Shown here in pieces: positions 1 through 10,342 of a stretch of DNA of 64,000 nucleotides. This stretch comes from Bacteroidota bacterium (lineage in GTDB: Bacteria; Bacteroidota; Bacteroidia; UKL13-3), in assembly GCA_027484685.1 (NCBI GenBank), contig JAIXSO010000026.1:18406-82405 (forward strand), read 5' to 3'. The notes beneath the pieces were generated by a model. The model worked only from the letters and a program-made list of their open reading frames with translations, ran no database searches and was not told where the DNA came from. Both the position numbers and the translations under genes were made by a program. Each line of letters opens with the position of its first letter. Within the stretch, counting starts at the first letter, position 1.

Positions 1-1
1 A

Positions 2-523
2 GTTTTTGAATACCTTGGAATTGAATTTATAGAACCTAAAATGATGACAGGTATTTCACTTGGCGCAGGACCAAATACGGCCAATCCCAATTTTTTAATT
101 TACTATAATAATGAAATTGTGGTCCCACAAAAATCGGTTATCATTTCAGCTACTTTTTGGGGTAATTATATTTTAACAAATAAGGGTAAAATTAAGCCTT
201 ATATTGGCGGAGGTGTTTCCATTTTTGATTGGCAACATGTTACACCTAAAATTAATGGGAAATCAGAAACATTATCAATTTTTGGAGGACAAATTTATCC
301 TGAATTGGGTTTTTTAATAGGTAAAAAACCAAATTACTGGCTCAAAATACATGGTTCATATAGGTATACTGGATATACAGCAGATTATTGGGGTGATAGC
401 TGGGATAACGATTCTACCTTTGGCCACAATATAAAAACCAATGATATTAGAATTGGAGTTACTATATTGATTAATCTATTACCTGAGTTTAAGCATAAAG
501 GAAGAATAATTGGGTTAAACTAA
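2..523 (+). CDS. Outer-membrane beta-barrel protein, 5'-truncated by window edge
   Basis: Frame is open from position 2. PYIGGGVS motif and alternating aromatic/hydrophobic strands. Confidence 0.55.
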   Translation, partial: VFEYLGIEFIEPKMMTGISLGAGPNTANPNFLIYYNNEIVVPQKSVIISATFWGNYILTNKGKIKPYIGGGVSIFDWQHVTPKINGKSETLSIFGGQIYPELGFLIGKKPNYWLKIHGSYRYTGYTADYWGDSWDNDSTFGHNIKTNDIRIGVTILINLLPEFKHKGRIIGLN

Positions 524-607
524 TATTACTATTTATTACACCAAACATATCATTGAAATTCAATTCTTTTAATTATAATTGACTATTTATTTTTAGTCAA
601 ATTATAA

Positions 608-1978
608 ATGAATAAAAAACTCAATTTATTAGATAGCATCATGCTGATTATGGGCAGTATGATTGGCTCAGGCATTTTTATAGTTTCGGCTGGCATGCTG
701 CGCGAGTTAGGAAGCCCAACTATGCTCATTTTAGCTTGGTTAGTTACAGCGGCTTTAACGCTAATGGCAGCTTTAAGCTATGGCGAATTAGCAGCTTTAA
801 TGCCCAAAGCAGGCGGTCAATATGTTTATTTAAAAGAGGCGTATTCGCCTTTATTTGGTTTTTTGTATGGCTGGACTTTATTTACCATTATTCAAACCGG
901 AACTATTGCCGCAGTGGCTGTTGGTTTTGCTAAATTTACTGGAGTTATTTTTCCTGTTTTTAGTGAAAAAAATATTTTATTCTCCTTACAATTTACGAGC
1001 AATTATACTTTGAATATCAGTGCTGCGCAATTATTGGGAATTGGGTTAATTGCTTTATTGACAGTATTTAACTTTGGTAAAGTAAAAAATGCAGCTTTGC
1101 TTCAAAATATTTTTACTATTGGTAAAATTGGCTCCTTGTTGTTCATTATTTTTGCTGGTTTGTATTTTATTTTAACCAATCAAACCCCAACAAACTTATC
1201 AACTCAATTAACTCCATCAACACAATCAACCATACCAAACCTTGGAATTTTTGCAGCAGCTTTAGTAGGTTCTATATTTAGTGCCGATGCTTGGAACAAT
1301 ATTACTTTTACTGCGGGCGAAATGGAAAATCCTAAACGTAACTTGCCATTATCGTTATTAATTGGAACAGGAAGTGTGTTGTTTTTATATGTATTGATTA
1401 ATTTTATTTATGTCAATGCACTTTCAATTAGCGAGATACAAAATGCGCAACAAGATAGAGTTGGAACACTTTTATTACAAAAAGTATTTGGAACCAATGG
1501 TGCAATTATAATGGCGGCATTAATTATGGTAAGTACTTTTGGTTGTGTTAATGGAATTATATTAAGTGGTTCAAGGGTTTATAAAGTAATGGCTGAAGAA
1601 GGATTATTTTTTAAACAAGCTGCGCAATTAAACAAACACCAATCACCTCAAAAATCGTTAACCTATCAGGCTATTTGGTCTAGTTTATTGGTACTTTCGG
1701 GTTCTTATGGCGATTTATTAGATTATGTGGTTTTTGCTGTTTTAATCTTTTATATTTTAACAGTGGGTGCTGTTTTTATTTTACGTAAAAAACAACCCAA
1801 TGTCGATAGGCCATACAAAGTAATTGCCTATCCATTTTTACCTGTTTTGTACATACTTATGGCATTAATTATTTGTATTAGTTTACTTATGTTTAAAACC
1901 GCTTTTGCCTTTACTGGCTTGTGTTTGGTTTTACTTGGCGTGCCCATTTATTATTTAGTAAAACCTAAAAATGCATAA
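608..1978 (+). CDS. APC-family amino acid permease
   Basis: GSMIGSGIF and ELAALMPKAGGQYVYL motifs; about 12 TM segments. Confidence 0.9.
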   Translation: MNKKLNLLDSIMLIMGSMIGSGIFIVSAGMLRELGSPTMLILAWLVTAALTLMAALSYGELAALMPKAGGQYVYLKEAYSPLFGFLYGWTLFTIIQTGTIAAVAVGFAKFTGVIFPVFSEKNILFSLQFTSNYTLNISAAQLLGIGLIALLTVFNFGKVKNAALLQNIFTIGKIGSLLFIIFAGLYFILTNQTPTNLSTQLTPSTQSTIPNLGIFAAALVGSIFSADAWNNITFTAGEMENPKRNLPLSLLIGTGSVLFLYVLINFIYVNALSISEIQNAQQDRVGTLLLQKVFGTNGAIIMAALIMVSTFGCVNGIILSGSRVYKVMAEEGLFFKQAAQLNKHQSPQKSLTYQAIWSSLLVLSGSYGDLLDYVVFAVLIFYILTVGAVFILRKKQPNVDRPYKVIAYPFLPVLYILMALIICISLLMFKTAFAFTGLCLVLLGVPIYYLVKPKNA

Positions 1979-3110
1979 GTTATTATTTGCAATCATATTG
2001 TTTTTTTTAGTTGGCTATGCAAAAGCCAATAACGATAGTTTGTTGTACAAACGAACCAGTTATTTTTTACGCGCAAGTTTGCATAACGGTTCCATTTTTG
2101 CTCATTCTAAGCGAGTTGATTATTCAGCCAATGCGCCTGTTTTGGGTTTTGAAATTGAATTAATACGGCAACGATTAGACAATTTAGATGCCCATTATAA
2201 CCAAAAAGGTTTTGTATCTGGATTTGGACTTAATTTTTTCTATATCAATAACACTGTTATAAAAAATAATGTAAACGCGTTTTATACCCTTGAATCAAAT
2301 GTTTTAAAAACACAAAAATTAAACTTAGCAGTTAAAGCTTGTGCAGGTTTAAACTTTATTTCAAGTCCTTACGATTCGGTAAACAATCAAATCAATTGGT
2401 CGTACAGCAGTTATGTAAATGCTTTTTTAGCGTTGGGTTTAGTAGCTAATTTTCAACTCAATAATAATCAATCAATTGGTGCAAGATTGGCTTTTAATCA
2501 TTTTTCTAATGGGGCTATTAAAGATCCTAATTTAGGAGTTAATTTTTTTACAGGGGCATTGAGTTATCAATTTAAAATAGCTGATAATGTGAAACGTCCT
2601 TTAAATTTAAAACGAAGACTTAAACGATTTGAAGGAAGACCAAATTTACAGTTTACGGCTTTTGCTACTTATAAATCATCAACCGTTAATACCGAAAAGT
2701 TTTATTTAATAAATGGATTTGCTGCAAGTTATAATTTGCCATTTGGTGTAAAAAAAGGCCATAGTTTAGCAATAGGAGTAGAGTGGTTAGAAGATAGAGC
2801 CATTTCAGAATTATTTAATCATGCAAAAAGAACAAATGCAAATAATCAACGAGTGGGAATTACCGTTGGGCATGAGTTTTTGTTTCATCAGTTTACTTGG
2901 GGACAATATTTGGGTTATTATATTTTTAAAGATATTCCTGAAATGGATAATATTTATCACAGACACACCATAGCTTATAAACTAACCAAAAGTTGGAGCA
3001 TTGGTATATCGTTATTGGCTAATAACCAAAAAGCTAATTTTACCGATTTGCGGTTAACCTATAAATTAGTAAATAGAAAAAAGCCAGCTTGTATGTTGCC
3101 TGATTTTTAA
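1971..3110 (+). CDS. PagL-like lipid A 3-O-deacylase / acyloxyacyl hydrolase (outer-membrane barrel)
   Basis: Signal peptide; HFSNG...PNLGVN catalytic motif; overlaps the permease stop. Confidence 0.7.
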   Translation: MHKLLFAIILFFLVGYAKANNDSLLYKRTSYFLRASLHNGSIFAHSKRVDYSANAPVLGFEIELIRQRLDNLDAHYNQKGFVSGFGLNFFYINNTVIKNNVNAFYTLESNVLKTQKLNLAVKACAGLNFISSPYDSVNNQINWSYSSYVNAFLALGLVANFQLNNNQSIGARLAFNHFSNGAIKDPNLGVNFFTGALSYQFKIADNVKRPLNLKRRLKRFEGRPNLQFTAFATYKSSTVNTEKFYLINGFAASYNLPFGVKKGHSLAIGVEWLEDRAISELFNHAKRTNANNQRVGITVGHEFLFHQFTWGQYLGYYIFKDIPEMDNIYHRHTIAYKLTKSWSIGISLLANNQKANFTDLRLTYKLVNRKKPACMLPDF

Positions 3111-3210
3111 GAGTTTTTATTTAAATAAATTTTCAAAAACACTTTTTCGTACCTAGGCTGGGTTGTTTAAATCAATTTACAAGCTTATTATCGCGAGTTA
3201 AAATATTTTT

Positions 3211-3924
3211 ATGGCAAAACTATCTATTATAATTCCTGCTTATAACGAAGAAGCAACTATTCATAAAATACTTGAAAAAGTACATCAGGTAAAATTAATT
3301 GATAATATTGAAAAGGAAGTAATTATAGTTAACGATTGCTCAAAAGATAATACTGCAGCTAAAATTATTGCCCTTAAAAACGAAAAGTACGAATACATAA
3401 AATTTGTAGAGCATACTGTAAATAAAGGAAAAGGCGCTGCTATTCATACTGGGATTAAAGAAGCAAGTGGTGATTATATTATAGTGCAAGATGCTGATTT
3501 AGAGTATGATCCAAATGAGTATAATATTTTACTTAAACCAATTGTTGATGGTTTTGCGGATGTAGTTTATGGTTCTCGTTTTATGGGAGGTAAACCTCAT
3601 CGTATTTTATTCTTCTGGCATTCAATTGGAAATGCAGTACTTACGTTTATGAGCAATATGTTTACCAATTTAAATCTTACCGATATGGAAACTTGCTATA
3701 AATTATTTAAGGCAGATATTATTAAAGGTATTCAATTTAAGGAAAACAGATTTGGTTTTGAGCCTGAAGTTACGGCTAAAATTAGCCGAATTGAAAACAT
3801 AAGAATTTACGAAGTTGGTATTTCGTATTATGGTAGAACTTATGCAGAAGGTAAAAAAATAAACTGGAAAGATGGTTTCAGAGCTATTTTTTGTATTTTA
3901 AAATATGGTTTATTTAAAGCCTAA
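3211..3924 (+). CDS. GT2 polyprenol-phosphate glycosyltransferase (DPM1-like)
   Basis: [31 protein letters not shown] motifs. Confidence 0.9.
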   Translation: MAKLSIIIPAYNEEATIHKILEKVHQVKLIDNIEKEVIIVNDCSKDNTAAKIIALKNEKYEYIKFVEHTVNKGKGAAIHTGIKEASGDYIIVQDADLEYDPNEYNILLKPIVDGFADVVYGSRFMGGKPHRILFFWHSIGNAVLTFMSNMFTNLNLTDMETCYKLFKADIIKGIQFKENRFGFEPEVTAKISRIENIRIYEVGISYYGRTYAEGKKINWKDGFRAIFCILKYGLFKA

Positions 3925-3942
3925 TTTTAATTATTTCTACTT

Positions 3943-5355
3943 ATGTTTAAATCTGTTATTTTCAAAAATTCCTATCATTGGTTAGTTTTAGTACTAATTT
4001 GCTGTGTAGTTGCCTTTAAATGGGAAGCACTTGGTTTGCCTTTTTTTTGGGATGAAGCTTGGGTTTATATGCCTGCCATCAGAACTATGGCGGAACAGGG
4101 TCCTAGTATTATGCCTGCAAGTATTGATCCTGATTTATATACTGGCCATCCGCTATTATTTTATTGTTTAGCTTCAAGTTGGATAAAATTTTTGGGTTAC
4201 AGTTTGTTTAAAGCTCATTTGTTTCCTTTACTAATTTCCATTTCACTTTTAATAAGTATATATATTATAGTTTTTAAATGGACAAATAGTTGGTTTTCAG
4301 CATTTTTATCGGTTTTGTTATTAGCCACTCAACCTATATTTTTAGCCCAAAGCACCTTTTTATTAATTGAAGTTTGGCTGGCCTTATTATTTTTATGGTC
4401 GTTTTATTTTTACTTTAACCGCAATTGGTGGGGTTTTTCTATAACTGTTGTGCTTGCATTATGGAGTAAAGAAAGCGCATTTTGCTTGGTTCCTGCTTTT
4501 ATAATAATTGCTATTATTGAACTATTATACAAAACCATAACGCCTAAAGTTTTTGTAAAAATAGCATTATGTGTAGTTGTATTATTTTCGATTGGTTTTA
4601 GCTTTTTCATTATTCAAAAAGCAAAATTGGGTTGGTTGTTTTTTCCTCGTCATGCCAATTGGATTACCATGGCCGATTTTTTTGATAAAATAGAAGGTTC
4701 AGTTTTAATCATTTTTGTTTCGCAAGGGCGTAATCTTATTTACTTAATAACTTTAGTAGTATCAATTGTAAGTTTTGTTTTTTTTAAAAATAAATTGACT
4801 AAAAACCATCAAATAAAGTTATTGGCATTTTTAGTAATTACTACCGGTTTTATGTTATTTGCCTCCATTAACTTTTTCTCAGCTAGGTATTTATTTGCGG
4901 TTTTCCCATTGTTAATGATTGGCTGCTCTCTTTTGATAACTTCTGTACACAAATCTATTTTTCAATATGTTGTAATTCCTGTGTTTGCTATTATTGGATT
5001 GGTAAATATTAATAATAGTATTGAACATCCATATTTTGCAGATGTAGAAGTAAATTATACACGATTACTTAAAGCTCAAGTTGAATTTTGTAATTACATG
5101 GAGAGTATTCAGCCAAATGAAAGTATTTATGCCCCTTTTTTGGCATATACTAATTTAACCAATCCTTATGCTGGTTTTGTGCAAAAAAGCTTGAAAAATA
5201 TTAACCCTGTTTTGTTAGATACCTCCAATGTTTATTACATCAATACCTCAAACGAAACTTGTAAAGAGTTGGACAGTATGATAGCTAATAAAAATGTTTA
5301 CTTGGTAAAAAGGTTTGAAAATCATCAAGCTAAAGTTGAATTGTTTAAAAGATAA
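3943..5355 (+). CDS. GT-C fold (ArnT/PMT-like) membrane glycosyltransferase
   Basis: WDE motif after TM1, GHPLLFY loop, SKE and RY motifs; polytopic. Confidence 0.75.
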   Translation: MFKSVIFKNSYHWLVLVLICCVVAFKWEALGLPFFWDEAWVYMPAIRTMAEQGPSIMPASIDPDLYTGHPLLFYCLASSWIKFLGYSLFKAHLFPLLISISLLISIYIIVFKWTNSWFSAFLSVLLLATQPIFLAQSTFLLIEVWLALLFLWSFYFYFNRNWWGFSITVVLALWSKESAFCLVPAFIIIAIIELLYKTITPKVFVKIALCVVVLFSIGFSFFIIQKAKLGWLFFPRHANWITMADFFDKIEGSVLIIFVSQGRNLIYLITLVVSIVSFVFFKNKLTKNHQIKLLAFLVITTGFMLFASINFFSARYLFAVFPLLMIGCSLLITSVHKSIFQYVVIPVFAIIGLVNINNSIEHPYFADVEVNYTRLLKAQVEFCNYMESIQPNESIYAPFLAYTNLTNPYAGFVQKSLKNINPVLLDTSNVYYINTSNETCKELDSMIANKNVYLVKRFENHQAKVELFKR

Positions 5356-5361
5356 ATTAAT

Positions 5362-6786
5362 ATGAATTTTATTAGGCAAACTTCTTTTTTTTATTACACC
5401 TTAGCCATAATTGCAATTGCTCTGTTAATTATTTGTTTCTTGTTTGATGGCACTGGAGGAGGAGGAGATAGTGTTTATCATTTTCAATATGCAAAATTTG
5501 CAGCCCAGCATCCTGAAAACTTTTTCAATCATTGGGCTAAACCTTTATATACCATTTTTGCTTTTCCCTTTGCACAATTTGGTTTTATTGGAATTAAAGT
5601 ATTCAATGTATTAATGAGCTTGGTCTCGGCCTTTTTTACTTATAAAATCTTACAACATTTTAAAACTGCGAATGCACAGTTTATTGCAGTAGTTTTATTT
5701 TCAATAACACTTTTTGTCAATGTCACAGTTTCAGGTTTAACCGAACCTTTTTCTGCTGCATTATTAATGGTTTCCATTTATTTTTTAGTTAAAGATAAAA
5801 CAAGTTTAGGTCTATTTATTATTTCTTTTTTACCGTTTATTCGTTCCGAGGGCTTAATAATACTTGGAGTAGTTTTTGTTTACTTAATTGCCTCAAAAAA
5901 GCTCAAATGGAGTCCGTGGTTAATTTCAGGTCATTTAGTAATGTCGGTAATTGGTAGTTTTTATTACCATGATTTACTGTGGGTGTTTAACAAAATTCCA
6001 TACGCACATGTAAGCAGTGTTTATGGCATTGGTACATGGACTCATTTTATAGTTCAGCTATATTTTCAAATTGGGTTAATAGAATATGTTCTCTTTATTG
6101 TAGGTTGTATAGCAATGGTAATTACATTAATAAAATTAAAAGGTAACATGCCTTTTGTTAATGAAAAATTGTGGTTGATATACGGCTGTTTTTTTGCTTT
6201 TTTTACGGCTCATACTAGTTTTTGGGCGCTGGGTATTTTTAACTCAATGGGCTTGTCTCGAGTTTTTGTGAGTGTTATGCCACTTTTAGCAATTATTGTA
6301 ATTGATGGTTTAAACTATATTGAAAACCTGATACTTTTAGCAAATAAAAAATTAGCAATTACTGTTAAGTATGCGTTGATTACCATGTTGACCGTATTTC
6401 CTTTTTTACCAACACCAACTTCTTATAAACTTCCAGATGATTTTGAACTTGAACCTTCACAAGTTTTAATAAAAAATAGTTTAGTACCATATTTAAACAC
6501 TTATAAACCTAACAAAACAATAGTAATTGCTGATATTTCCGTTCCATTATTTAGTAATTTGGATCCTTTTGATAAGTCAAAAGTAAAAATGATTTATGAT
6601 GTAAAAGATTTTAATTCATTGGATTCAAACACTATACTGGTTTGGGATACTTGGCTTTCTGTTATGGAATTTGGTTTAACATTAGAAAAGTTAAATCAAT
6701 GTAATAACATAAAAATGGATACCATATTTCATATTCAAAGCAAGCAAGGCCGGGTAACTGAGTATGCTGTTTTTAGTAAAAAGTAA
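5362..6786 (+). CDS. Putative GT-C fold membrane glycosyltransferase
   Basis: GDSVYH loop after TM1, WAKPLY, LTEP, RSEG motifs; polytopic. Confidence 0.65.
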   Translation: MNFIRQTSFFYYTLAIIAIALLIICFLFDGTGGGGDSVYHFQYAKFAAQHPENFFNHWAKPLYTIFAFPFAQFGFIGIKVFNVLMSLVSAFFTYKILQHFKTANAQFIAVVLFSITLFVNVTVSGLTEPFSAALLMVSIYFLVKDKTSLGLFIISFLPFIRSEGLIILGVVFVYLIASKKLKWSPWLISGHLVMSVIGSFYYHDLLWVFNKIPYAHVSSVYGIGTWTHFIVQLYFQIGLIEYVLFIVGCIAMVITLIKLKGNMPFVNEKLWLIYGCFFAFFTAHTSFWALGIFNSMGLSRVFVSVMPLLAIIVIDGLNYIENLILLANKKLAITVKYALITMLTVFPFLPTPTSYKLPDDFELEPSQVLIKNSLVPYLNTYKPNKTIVIADISVPLFSNLDPFDKSKVKMIYDVKDFNSLDSNTILVWDTWLSVMEFGLTLEKLNQCNNIKMDTIFHIQSKQGRVTEYAVFSKK

Positions 6787-6789
6787 ATA

Positions 6790-7539
6790 CTATTTTTTAT
6801 TAAAAATTACCATTAATGAAACACCAAATGGTAATTTAATTCTTGGTTTAAGTAAAGCATTTTCCGCAATAAAAATTCCATACAATACTTTATTTAAAAA
6901 ACCTAATTCAAACATGCTATGGTCAGATCCACTGCCATCGCGTTTGAATAAATTGGGAAATTTGTTACTTAGCCACCTAACAGCGTAAATGGGTATAAAC
7001 AATATGGTGTTAAAGTACGAATGATAGGAAATGTGGCCTTTGTCTTTATCAAAAAGAGGTAGTAATGTTTTGTTGGTATAGCGTTTAAAATGATAATTTA
7101 TTTCATCGTGTTTGCTCCATAAATCCATAAAAGCCGGAACCGTAACAAATACTACACCTGCATTTTTACAAACCCTGACCATTTCATTTATTGCCAATTG
7201 GTCGTTTTCTACATGTTCTACCACATCAAAAGCACAAACTAAATCGAAAGAAGCATCAGCAAATTGTAAATCTAAAATACTACCTTGTTCTATATCAATG
7301 TTCAACTTTTGTTTAACAAAGTTATAGCAAACTTCATCGTACTCTATCGATTTTACCTTGCCAAATTGCTCCAACATAATGGAGGTTGCACCTGTAGCCA
7401 CACCAATATTTAAAATATTTAAATCGTTTCTATTATTAAATGTATTTTTTATTTGAGTTTTAAGTATTTCTAAACGCGCTGTAAACCACCAATTACTGCG
7501 TTCTAGTTCATAATATTCTTTGTAGTATTCTGGGGTCAT
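6790..7539 (-). CDS. Class I SAM-dependent methyltransferase
   Basis: ILNIGVATG motif I, FDVVEHV, VTVPAF..LWS.HD. Confidence 0.85.
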   Translation of the reverse strand: MTPEYYKEYYELERSNWWFTARLEILKTQIKNTFNNRNDLNILNIGVATGATSIMLEQFGKVKSIEYDEVCYNFVKQKLNIDIEQGSILDLQFADASFDLVCAFDVVEHVENDQLAINEMVRVCKNAGVVFVTVPAFMDLWSKHDEINYHFKRYTNKTLLPLFDKDKGHISYHSYFNTILFIPIYAVRWLSNKFPNLFKRDGSGSDHSMFELGFLNKVLYGIFIAENALLKPRIKLPFGVSLMVIFNKK

Positions 7540-7585
7540 GGCTTTATAATTTACTTAAATTAGTTTATACTTACTAAACTAATTT

Positions 7586-8740
7586 TTAGGTGTAATAAAA
7601 CTCAAAAATGGTTTTGGTAATCAAAATTAAATCTTCGTTGGTTAACTCGTAATACATAGGTAACCTCAAAAGATTATCACTGTAAAAGTCTGAATTTGGC
7701 AGTTCTCTGCCATCGTGTTTACTCAAATAATATGGCGATTTATGAAGCGATAAGTAATGAAAAACCGATAAAACATTATTCTTTTTCAGGGCGTTAATCA
7801 AGCCTTGTCTTTCGTATAAATTTTTGCAAATAATGTAAAACATATGGGCATTGTTACTAGCAAAAGCAGGCAAATAAGGTAATTTTAAATATCCTTTTTC
7901 TTCTAAACTTTTTAAAACTTTATAATAATAATTCCAAATTTCTTTGCGTTTGTTTTGTATATTTTCTAGGTTCTCTAATTGCGCAAAAAGAAATGCTGCA
8001 ATGATATCGGAAGGTAAAAACGAACTGCCCATATCTACCCAACCATATTTGTCAATTTCACCCCTAAAAAAAGCAGAACGATTGGTTCCTTTTTCTCGAA
8101 TAATTTCTGCTCTTGCCATAAATTGTTCATCATTTATTACCAACATACCTCCTTCACCAGCCATAATATTTTTGGTTTCATGAAACGAAAAAGCTGATAA
8201 ATGACCAATGCTTCCCAAAGGTTTGGTATTGCCGTTTTTGTCGGTATAATAACTATCAATGGCTTGAGCAGCATCTTCAATAACAAATAAATTGTATTTG
8301 TTAGCTAGTTCCATTATTGCATCCATATTGCAAGCTATTCCTGCATAATGAACAGGTACAATAGCTTTTGTTTTATTAGTTATTAAACTTTCTAATTTTG
8401 TAACATCCAAGTTAGGATTTAGAGCATTACTGTCGGCAAAAACAATTTTGGCACCTCTTAGTACAAAAGCGTTAGATGTAGAAACAAAAGTATACGAAGG
8501 CATAATAACTTCATCGCCAGCTTCAATATTAATAAGGATGGCAGCCATTTCCAATGCATCGGTGCACGAAGTTGTTAATAAGCATTTTTTGAATCCAAAT
8601 TTTTTCTGGAAAAATTCATGACATTGTTTGGTAAAGTTTCCATCACCTGAAATTTTACCTGAAGCTACTGCTTGATAAATATAATGATTTTCCTTGCCAG
8701 TAAGGTAAGGCTTATTAAAAGGAATATGTTTTACTTCCAT
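7586..8740 (-). CDS. wecE: dTDP-4-amino-4,6-dideoxygalactose transaminase
   Basis: IPFNKP, TSCTDALEMAA, SFHETKN (PLP lysine), EKGTNRS motifs. Confidence 0.9.
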   Translation of the reverse strand: MEVKHIPFNKPYLTGKENHYIYQAVASGKISGDGNFTKQCHEFFQKKFGFKKCLLTTSCTDALEMAAILINIEAGDEVIMPSYTFVSTSNAFVLRGAKIVFADSNALNPNLDVTKLESLITNKTKAIVPVHYAGIACNMDAIMELANKYNLFVIEDAAQAIDSYYTDKNGNTKPLGSIGHLSAFSFHETKNIMAGEGGMLVINDEQFMARAEIIREKGTNRSAFFRGEIDKYGWVDMGSSFLPSDIIAAFLFAQLENLENIQNKRKEIWNYYYKVLKSLEEKGYLKLPYLPAFASNNAHMFYIICKNLYERQGLINALKKNNVLSVFHYLSLHKSPYYLSKHDGRELPNSDFYSDNLLRLPMYYELTNEDLILITKTIFEFYYT

Positions 8741-9423
8741 AAATGATAAATGTAAGTGGTTTTATTTATTGAAAAGCCATTATTTATATAAAATTTAAGA
8801 GCCCCTTGATTTTGTTTTTGAGTGGTAACGGTTACAGTATCTATTTTCTTTGAAATTGCATAATTTAATACATATGCTAATAGTTGTTTTCCAATTTTTA
8901 AACTTCTATATGCTTCATCTACTGCAATTAAACCAATATCATAAGCATTGTTTTTTAAGCCAATTGTTACGAAACCTACAACTTCATTATTGACTAAAAA
9001 TCCAATTACTTTTTCGGCATTTTTATGTGTTATTGATTGTTCAATCCAAGCAGCATATAGTTTTTCAAACTCGTTGTTTTTAAAGTTTGGGTCAATTTTA
9101 AACCTAGAAAGATGCCCACTTTGATAAGTTAAATTCAATAAGTTATTGTCAAGCTCAGTTAATTCAACAATGTTTTTATTCTGAAACCCATTAAAATTAA
9201 TCTTAGAAACTTGTAAACTTAAATCAATTTTTTCATCAGCTAAAAAAAGGTTGTTTTTTTTAACTATATCATCCGGTATAGCTTCATTACTAAAAAGATA
9301 TAATAACTTATAATCGTTTTTTGTCAATAAATCATAGTCTATTGAAATACTGTTAATCAATACTTTGCCTATTTTGTATCCAAAAAAATCAGTGTCCCAG
9401 TTTAATGTGTTAATTTCCATCAA
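8731..9423 (-). CDS. GNAT acetyltransferase, WecD/RffC-like (dTDP-fucosamine acetyltransferase)
   Basis: WDTDFFG start, SRFKID, IGLIAV, VTTQ..N..A..FY; adjacent to wecE. Confidence 0.75.
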   Translation of the reverse strand: MMEINTLNWDTDFFGYKIGKVLINSISIDYDLLTKNDYKLLYLFSNEAIPDDIVKKNNLFLADEKIDLSLQVSKINFNGFQNKNIVELTELDNNLLNLTYQSGHLSRFKIDPNFKNNEFEKLYAAWIEQSITHKNAEKVIGFLVNNEVVGFVTIGLKNNAYDIGLIAVDEAYRSLKIGKQLLAYVLNYAISKKIDTVTVTTQKQNQGALKFYINNGFSINKTTYIYHLWK

Positions 9424-10337
9424 AATGTTTTCTCGTCAATTAAATAAAGAGGCCTTTGTTTCATGCCTTCAAATGTTTTTCCAATATAAAGTCCAACAAT
9501 TCCTAGAATAAAAATAATCAGTCCTGAAAGAAACCAAATAGAAATAATAATGCTAGCATATCCAGTTACAGTAATAATGCCTGTAAGGTAAGCAAATACA
9601 TTATAAATAGCATATAAAAGCGAAATAATAGTAATTGAAAAACCAAGTTTAATGGCCATTTTCAAAGGTTTATCCGAATAAGCTATGGCAATATCTAAAG
9701 CCAAGTTTATTAATTTGCCCCAGCTGTAAGAGGTTTTTCCTTCAAATCTTTCTGCATGGGTTACATCTAAAGCTGATTTTTTAAATCCAACCCAACGCGC
9801 CATTGGCGAAAACGCACGCATTGATTCTCGCATGGAGTTAATTGAATTAATTACTTTCCGGCTATAAATTCCAAAGTTAGCTATAGTTCCATCTTGTTCA
9901 ATCCCCGATAAATAGGTAAAACCCTTATAAAACAATCTGGAAGTAAACGTTTTAATAAACTTATCTTGACGTTCCACCCTTCTAGCAAAAACAATATCAA
10001 ATCCTTTTTGTGCCTCATTGTATAAATTAGGAATTTCCTCAGGCCTATCTTGCAAATCGCAATCCATTACCACTATCCAATCGCCCTTGCTAGCATCTAA
10101 ACCCGCAGTAATAGCGTGGTGTTGACCAAAGTTTCTACTTAATTTAATTCCCTTTACTCTTTCATCATTTAAAGTCTCTGTTTTTACTTTTCCCCACGAG
10201 TTATCACCACCACAATCTTCTACTAAAATGATCTCAAAATCTTGTGTAATTTTAGATAACTCTACCTTTAATCTACTTACTAATTCAGGTACAATATTTT
10301 CAGCCTTATATACAGGACTAACTACAGAAATATGCAT
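9420..10337 (-). CDS. GT2 GtrB/ArnC-like polyprenol-phosphate glycosyltransferase
   Basis: LSRNFGQHHAITAG, MDCDLQD, two C-terminal TMs, RPLY end. Confidence 0.9.
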   Translation of the reverse strand: MHISVVSPVYKAENIVPELVSRLKVELSKITQDFEIILVEDCGGDNSWGKVKTETLNDERVKGIKLSRNFGQHHAITAGLDASKGDWIVVMDCDLQDRPEEIPNLYNEAQKGFDIVFARRVERQDKFIKTFTSRLFYKGFTYLSGIEQDGTIANFGIYSRKVINSINSMRESMRAFSPMARWVGFKKSALDVTHAERFEGKTSYSWGKLINLALDIAIAYSDKPLKMAIKLGFSITIISLLYAIYNVFAYLTGIITVTGYASIIISIWFLSGLIIFILGIVGLYIGKTFEGMKQRPLYLIDEKTF

Positions 10338-10342
10338 AAAAA